Origin: an uncultured Chloroflexia bacterium
Lineage (GTDB): Bacteria > Chloroflexota > Limnocylindria > QHBO01
Length of the DNA stretch: 64,000 bases
Reading direction: 5' to 3'
Assembly: GCA_963827475.1 (NCBI GenBank)
Contig: CAWHAZ010000005.1
Location: forward strand, 1-64,000
Shown here: positions 59,531 to 64,000 of the stretch, piece by piece
Position numbering within the stretch: the first letter of the stretch is position 1
Layout of the letters: each line of letters begins with the position of its first letter
Position numbers and translations under genes: made by a program
The notes under the pieces: generated by a model
Told to the model about the DNA's origin: nothing
Databases searched by the model: none
The model's input: the letters and a program-made list of their open reading frames with translations, nothing else

Positions 59531-61237
59531 TCACTCCGGTTCGGCGGCGAGGGCCGCCGCCTCGACACCACCTTCCGTCGCGTGCAGCTCGCGCGCGGCG
59601 AAGCGGGTGGGCAAGAGCCCTTCGGGCCGGTACAGCATCATGATGACCAGGGCAGCGCCATAGAACAGGAACCGATAGTCCGCGAACTCGCGGAACAGCT
59701 CCGGCACGCCGATCAGGAACGCAGCTCCGAGTACTGCTCCGGGGACGCTTCCCATTCCACCAATGACCACGATGGCCACCACGTTGATCGACACGGTGGT
59801 GCTGACGCTGCTGTCGAAGATCGAGCCCACCAGGCCGGCAAAGATGCCGCCACCCAACCCGGCGAACGCCGCCCCGAGCATGTACGCCAGCAGCTTGGTC
59901 TGGACCAGGTTGACGCCGACCGCCTCGGCCACGTCCTCGTCCTCTCGCAGGCTGAGCCAGGCGCGCCCGATCCGGGCCTTCCGCAGCCGGAGAGCGATGA
60001 ACGCAACCACCGCGGCGAACGCAAGGGCGATGTAGTAGATCTGGTTGGGACCGGCCAGCCACGAGTCCGGCGGGACGTCGATGGGCTTGGGGATCTGGGT
60101 GATGCCCTGCGGACCGCCGAGCCACGGGAGGAGGAGGTCCGATCCAGCCAGGATCCTGATGATCTCCCCGAATCCCAGCGTCGCGATCGCGAGATAGTCA
60201 CCGCGGACGTTGAGAATCGGCAGGCCGAAGAACGCCCCGAACAGCATGGCTACGATCACGGCAAACGGGAGGGCGGCCCAGAACGACATTTGCGCGATCC
60301 CGAAATCTCCGGTCGAGGTCAAGAGACCAACGGTGTACGCGCCCACGGCCAGGAAGGCGACGAAACCGAGGTCGAGCAGGCCGGCCAGCCCGAGGGTGAT
60401 GTTCAGGCCCAGGCCCAGCAGGATGTAGATGGCGACGATCGCGACGACCTGCGCCACGAACGGACCGAGCGCCTGCGGCAGGAGAATCACGAAGATCGCC
60501 AGCAGGACGAATGCCGGCACCGAGAGAGCCCGACGCCGTGCGGGTGGCAAGGCCTTGACGCGGCCCCGCACGCCGCTGTAGTGCACCGCTTCGCGAATGC
60601 CAACGGCGAGGACAAAGGTCACGACGGCGCCGATCAGTGTCAGCCCCTGCGACGCGAACAGCAGCCGGGCGAGGTCGTCCAGCGGCGTGCCCAGCATCGC
60701 GTTGCGCAGGATCCCTGAGAACAGGCCCATGAACAGGATGGCCGCCAGCCCGGTGAGCACCGGCCGCCTGACGTTGACCGGGGCAATGCGCACAGCGCCG
60801 GCCACCGCGCCAAGGACGAGACCAACGACGGCCGGGATCCAGGCCCCGGACACGCCCATCCCGAAGGTGATGATCTCGTACATCTCCGGCGATGCCGGCA
60901 AGAAGACCGCCCGCAGGTCCACCACCGAGCCGACCAGGACGAGGGCGGTCAGCCCGGCGCCAGCGATGAGACCGGCCACCGCGGCCTGCACCACCGCCGA
61001 CACTCCTCGTCGACCCGAACGGGCCGCCGCCATCCAGCCGGTGCCGAGCCAGGTCAGGACGAGCGATGTCTGGCCGAGGGAGATGACGTCCTCGATCAGT
61101 GAGCGCTCGTGGAACTCCCCGACGATCCCGACCAGGCACAGGAACACGCCGACCGTCGCCCCGAGAAGTCCGAAGCGGATCGTGGCCCGCCAGTCAACGC
61201 GCATCCGCCCTTCGGTCGAGCCCGTGGTCACGGTCAT
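59531..61237 (-). CDS. livM: Branched-chain amino acid ABC permease with extended N-terminal TM region
   Basis: GLAGLLDLGF, RGDYLAIATLGFGEI, GGMGS, RPEGL. Confidence 0.88.
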   Translation of the reverse strand: MTVTTGSTEGRMRVDWRATIRFGLLGATVGVFLCLVGIVGEFHERSLIEDVISLGQTSLVLTWLGTGWMAAARSGRRGVSAVVQAAVAGLIAGAGLTALVLVGSVVDLRAVFLPASPEMYEIITFGMGVSGAWIPAVVGLVLGAVAGAVRIAPVNVRRPVLTGLAAILFMGLFSGILRNAMLGTPLDDLARLLFASQGLTLIGAVVTFVLAVGIREAVHYSGVRGRVKALPPARRRALSVPAFVLLAIFVILLPQALGPFVAQVVAIVAIYILLGLGLNITLGLAGLLDLGFVAFLAVGAYTVGLLTSTGDFGIAQMSFWAALPFAVIVAMLFGAFFGLPILNVRGDYLAIATLGFGEIIRILAGSDLLLPWLGGPQGITQIPKPIDVPPDSWLAGPNQIYYIALAFAAVVAFIALRLRKARIGRAWLSLREDEDVAEAVGVNLVQTKLLAYMLGAAFAGLGGGIFAGLVGSIFDSSVSTTVSINVVAIVVIGGMGSVPGAVLGAAFLIGVPELFREFADYRFLFYGAALVIMMLYRPEGLLPTRFAARELHATEGGVEAAALAAEPE

Positions 61238-62307
61238 GCCCTCCGGCTCACGCGCTCACCGAGGATGCCCTCGGGCCGGAAGATCAGCACCAGTACCAGC
61301 AGGGTGAACGCGATGACGTCCTTCAGCTGGGTCGGTGACGGCACCTGCAGCCCGTCGAAGAAGAGCGTGGGTCCCACCGATTCGATGGTCCCGAGGAACA
61401 TGCCGCCGAGCACGGCTCCGGGGATGTTGCCGATTCCCCCGAGCACAGCGGCGGTGAAGGCCTTCAGGCCGGGGAAGATGCCCGACGTGTAGTAGATCTG
61501 GCGGAACAGGAGGCCGTACATGACGCCAGCCGCCCCAGCCATGGCGGCACCGATGGCGAAGGTGGTGACGATCACGCGGTTGACGTCGATGCCCATCAGG
61601 GCGGCGGTCGCCGGGTCCTCGGACACGGCGCGAATGGCGGTCCCCATCTTCGTCCGCTGCACGTAGAGCATGAGGCCGGCCATCATGCCCAAGGCCCCGA
61701 CGACGACCACGACGTCCACCCACCGAATGCTGATGAAGTCGATCGGCACCTGCTCGGCCAGGATGTCCACGGTCGGGTAGGCGTAAAGGCCAGGCCCGAA
61801 GAAACCGCGCATCGTGTACTGCAGGAAGAGCGACGCGCCGATCGCGCTGATGAGCGGGACAAGGCGGGGGGCGTTTCGCAGGGGCCGGTAGGCAATCCGC
61901 TCGACCGCGAGGGCGACCAGCGTTGAAACGAGCGCGGCGACGGCGATCATGATCGCCACCGAGGCCAGCGACGCGAGTGGGCTCGCATTCAGCATGCCTA
62001 TCGACACCAGCGCCGAGGCCACGAAGTAGCCACCGAAGGCGCCCGCCGTGAACACCTCACCGTGGGCGAAGTTGATCAACCGCAGGATGCCGTAGACCAT
62101 CGTGTAGCCCAGGGCGATGAGCGAGTACAGCGACCCGAGGATGATCCCCTGGACGAGGAGGTCGACCCAGACCTCGATCGAATACTTGCCTGAAGCGAGG
62201 GTCAGGGCGGAGCCCACGACGACGATCGCCACGACGGCGATGCGGAAGGTCCACAGAAAGGCCTTGATCGCGAGATCGGTCAGCCGCTCGACCAGCCCGG
62301 TCTGCAT
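61234..62307 (-). CDS. livH: Branched-chain amino acid ABC permease
   Basis: LGYTMVYG..INFAHGE, AAVLGGIG, RPEGILG. Confidence 0.9.
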   Translation of the reverse strand: MQTGLVERLTDLAIKAFLWTFRIAVVAIVVVGSALTLASGKYSIEVWVDLLVQGIILGSLYSLIALGYTMVYGILRLINFAHGEVFTAGAFGGYFVASALVSIGMLNASPLASLASVAIMIAVAALVSTLVALAVERIAYRPLRNAPRLVPLISAIGASLFLQYTMRGFFGPGLYAYPTVDILAEQVPIDFISIRWVDVVVVVGALGMMAGLMLYVQRTKMGTAIRAVSEDPATAALMGIDVNRVIVTTFAIGAAMAGAAGVMYGLLFRQIYYTSGIFPGLKAFTAAVLGGIGNIPGAVLGGMFLGTIESVGPTLFFDGLQVPSPTQLKDVIAFTLLVLVLIFRPEGILGERVSRRA

Positions 62308-62372
62308 CGGGGCGTTCCTCTGTCTGACGGGAGGGGACTCTCGTTGGTGTAGAGGGCTTTGAGGCGGGATAT

Positions 62373-62404
62373 GGATCAGCCCGGCCATGAGGCCGGGCTG
62401 ATCC
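62373..62404. terminator. Perfect 14-bp hairpin between the binding-protein gene and livH (mRNA stabiliser or partial terminator)
   Basis: ggatcagcccggcc-atga-ggccgggctgatcc. Confidence 0.6.
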
Positions 62405-62462
62405 GGGGTCTATCGGTCAGCCAGCGCCGGAGCGATCAGCTGACATGTGGTCACGTCGTGGC

Positions 62463-63758
62463 TTACGGCCAGACTGGCACGGTCGGCATGGTCACCGGGG
62501 GTCCGAAGACATCCGCCGTGATCTGGTACATCCCGATAACCGGCGCGCCGCAGTCTCCGCTCGGGGAGCATGACAGCGTTCCAGTCAGTCCGGCGAAGTC
62601 CGCGGTGGCGAAGAGCCGCTCACGGAGGCCGCCCTTGGGGATCCAGGTCGTCCCGCTGGCATCCTCCATCGCCACGTCCTCGATGGCCTGGAACAGCATG
62701 TTCGCAGCGTCGAAAGCGTGGGCGTGGAAGGGAGCGAGCGGGGCCTCACCGTACGTCTCTTCGTGCAGTGCTAGGAAGTCCGCATACGCGTCCGCGAAGG
62801 CGGTGAAGTCCGGGCTCGACAGGAACATACCCTCCGCGTTCGGGCCGGCCGCCGCGATGAAGTCAGGGCTGTACAAGCCGTCCGAGCCGGCGAGAACCAC
62901 GTCCTCGAGGCCTGGGACGTCACGCACCTGCGAGGTGAGGTAACCGCCCTCGGCGATGAAGACCGGGTAGTACAGGAGATCAGGCGCCTCGGCCGCGACG
63001 CGGGTCAGGACCGGCACCATGTCGGTCTGGCCGCGCTCGATGGCGTCCTGCAGGACGATCTCGCCACCGAGCTCGGTGAAGTTGTCGGCGAACACCTGCT
63101 GCAGGGCCTGGGCGTAGGCGCTTCCATCATGGATGGTCGCCGCCGTCGTAAAGCCCTCCTCGATGGCCCAGTTGGCGACTGCCAACCCCTGGAACGCGTC
63201 GCTGTGCGCCGTTCGCAGGTAACCGGCATAGGTCTCGTCGCGGTCTTCCGCGGTGAGCGCCGGTCGAGTGTTCGAGCTCGAGATGGTGGTCAATCCGGCC
63301 TCGGTGATCGTCTGGATGCCGCCGACGGTCTCGTCCGAGCAGATGGAGCCGACGAGGCCCACGATGGTGGGATCGGCCGCAATCCGCTGGGCTGCCGTCG
63401 CGCCGCCCTCTGGCGTGCACAGGCCGTCCTCGGAAGTCAGCAGAATCTCGTGGCCAACCAAGGTGCCGCCAATCTCCGAGATCGCGATCTCGACACCTCG
63501 CTGGCTGTCGGTGCCGAGCGTGGCGTCTGCGCCCGACAGGACGCCCCAGAAGCCAATGTGGAGCGGCTCGCCCTCCGGGATCTCCACGCAGCCGTACTCA
63601 TCGGCGTCGCAGACGGCTGACGGGTCTACCGGCGCCTCGCTGGCCGGTGCGCTCTCGGGTGCGCTGCCGCTTGGCTCTCCGCTTGCGGAGGGCTGACACG
63701 CAGCCAGAACGAGCGCCAGCACCATGAGGCCGGCACTCCACTTCAGGAACTTCTCCAT
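62463..63758 (-). CDS. Branched-chain amino acid ABC substrate-binding lipoprotein (LivK/LivJ-like)
   Basis: GGAGGA RBS, LVLAA-C lipobox, EDGLCTPEGG, RTAHSD..QG, HDGSAY. Confidence 0.88.
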   Translation of the reverse strand: MEKFLKWSAGLMVLALVLAACQPSASGEPSGSAPESAPASEAPVDPSAVCDADEYGCVEIPEGEPLHIGFWGVLSGADATLGTDSQRGVEIAISEIGGTLVGHEILLTSEDGLCTPEGGATAAQRIAADPTIVGLVGSICSDETVGGIQTITEAGLTTISSSNTRPALTAEDRDETYAGYLRTAHSDAFQGLAVANWAIEEGFTTAATIHDGSAYAQALQQVFADNFTELGGEIVLQDAIERGQTDMVPVLTRVAAEAPDLLYYPVFIAEGGYLTSQVRDVPGLEDVVLAGSDGLYSPDFIAAAGPNAEGMFLSSPDFTAFADAYADFLALHEETYGEAPLAPFHAHAFDAANMLFQAIEDVAMEDASGTTWIPKGGLRERLFATADFAGLTGTLSCSPSGDCGAPVIGMYQITADVFGPPVTMPTVPVWP

Positions 63759-64000
63759 CCAATCCTCCTCCAATACTTCCGAGCGGCGCGCAGCGCCACT
63801 TCCCGGAAGAAGTGTGCCGGGCATCATAGGGGCGACTCCGTGGGGTTGGCAAGGACCGTGCCCGGTACCAAGCCCTAGGGGCCGACCCCGAGGGCGAGTT
63901 CAATCTGCCGTTCTTTTCGACCCTTCGCCGGGTCACCCGGGCGGGCGTGGTACCATTGCAGCCGGCTCCCCTGTGGATGTCCCGATCCTCCGCCGCCGCG

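Overview
High-GC (about 70% by eye) bacterial chromosomal window, probably a monoderm Chloroflexota/Actinomycetota-like soil or sediment organism (inferred from gene content only). Many genes, including housekeeping ones (pcm, folK, msrB, purH, glpX, clpB), carry single-base frameshifts, most simply read as long-read assembly errors. Routine content: pcm, folK, msrB, modAB with a TOBE regulator, glpX, purH, a hsp20-hspR-lon-dnaJ-clpB heat-shock operon, moxR/DUF58/DUF4129, a trkA pair, hpt and a liv-type ABC operon. The standout locus is 8.1-15.3 kb on the minus strand, mostly in lower-GC DNA. It reads: MalT-like STAND/TPR/BTAD regulator, sigma70 promoter, c-di-GMP-II riboswitch, two small ORFs missing from the ORF track that end in the same hexapeptide (MKASIKGW and a 32-aa signal-peptide-like precursor ending GGASVKGW), a membrane-sensor HD-GYP phosphodiesterase, and a DUF5317-MFS fusion. 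This looks like a peptide-pheromone system wired to c-di-GMP turnover, with riboswitch feedback. A second theme is a family of surface proteins with L(P/A)(N/D)AA-TM-RR sorting tails, shared leaders and repeated upstream elements around variable passenger domains.
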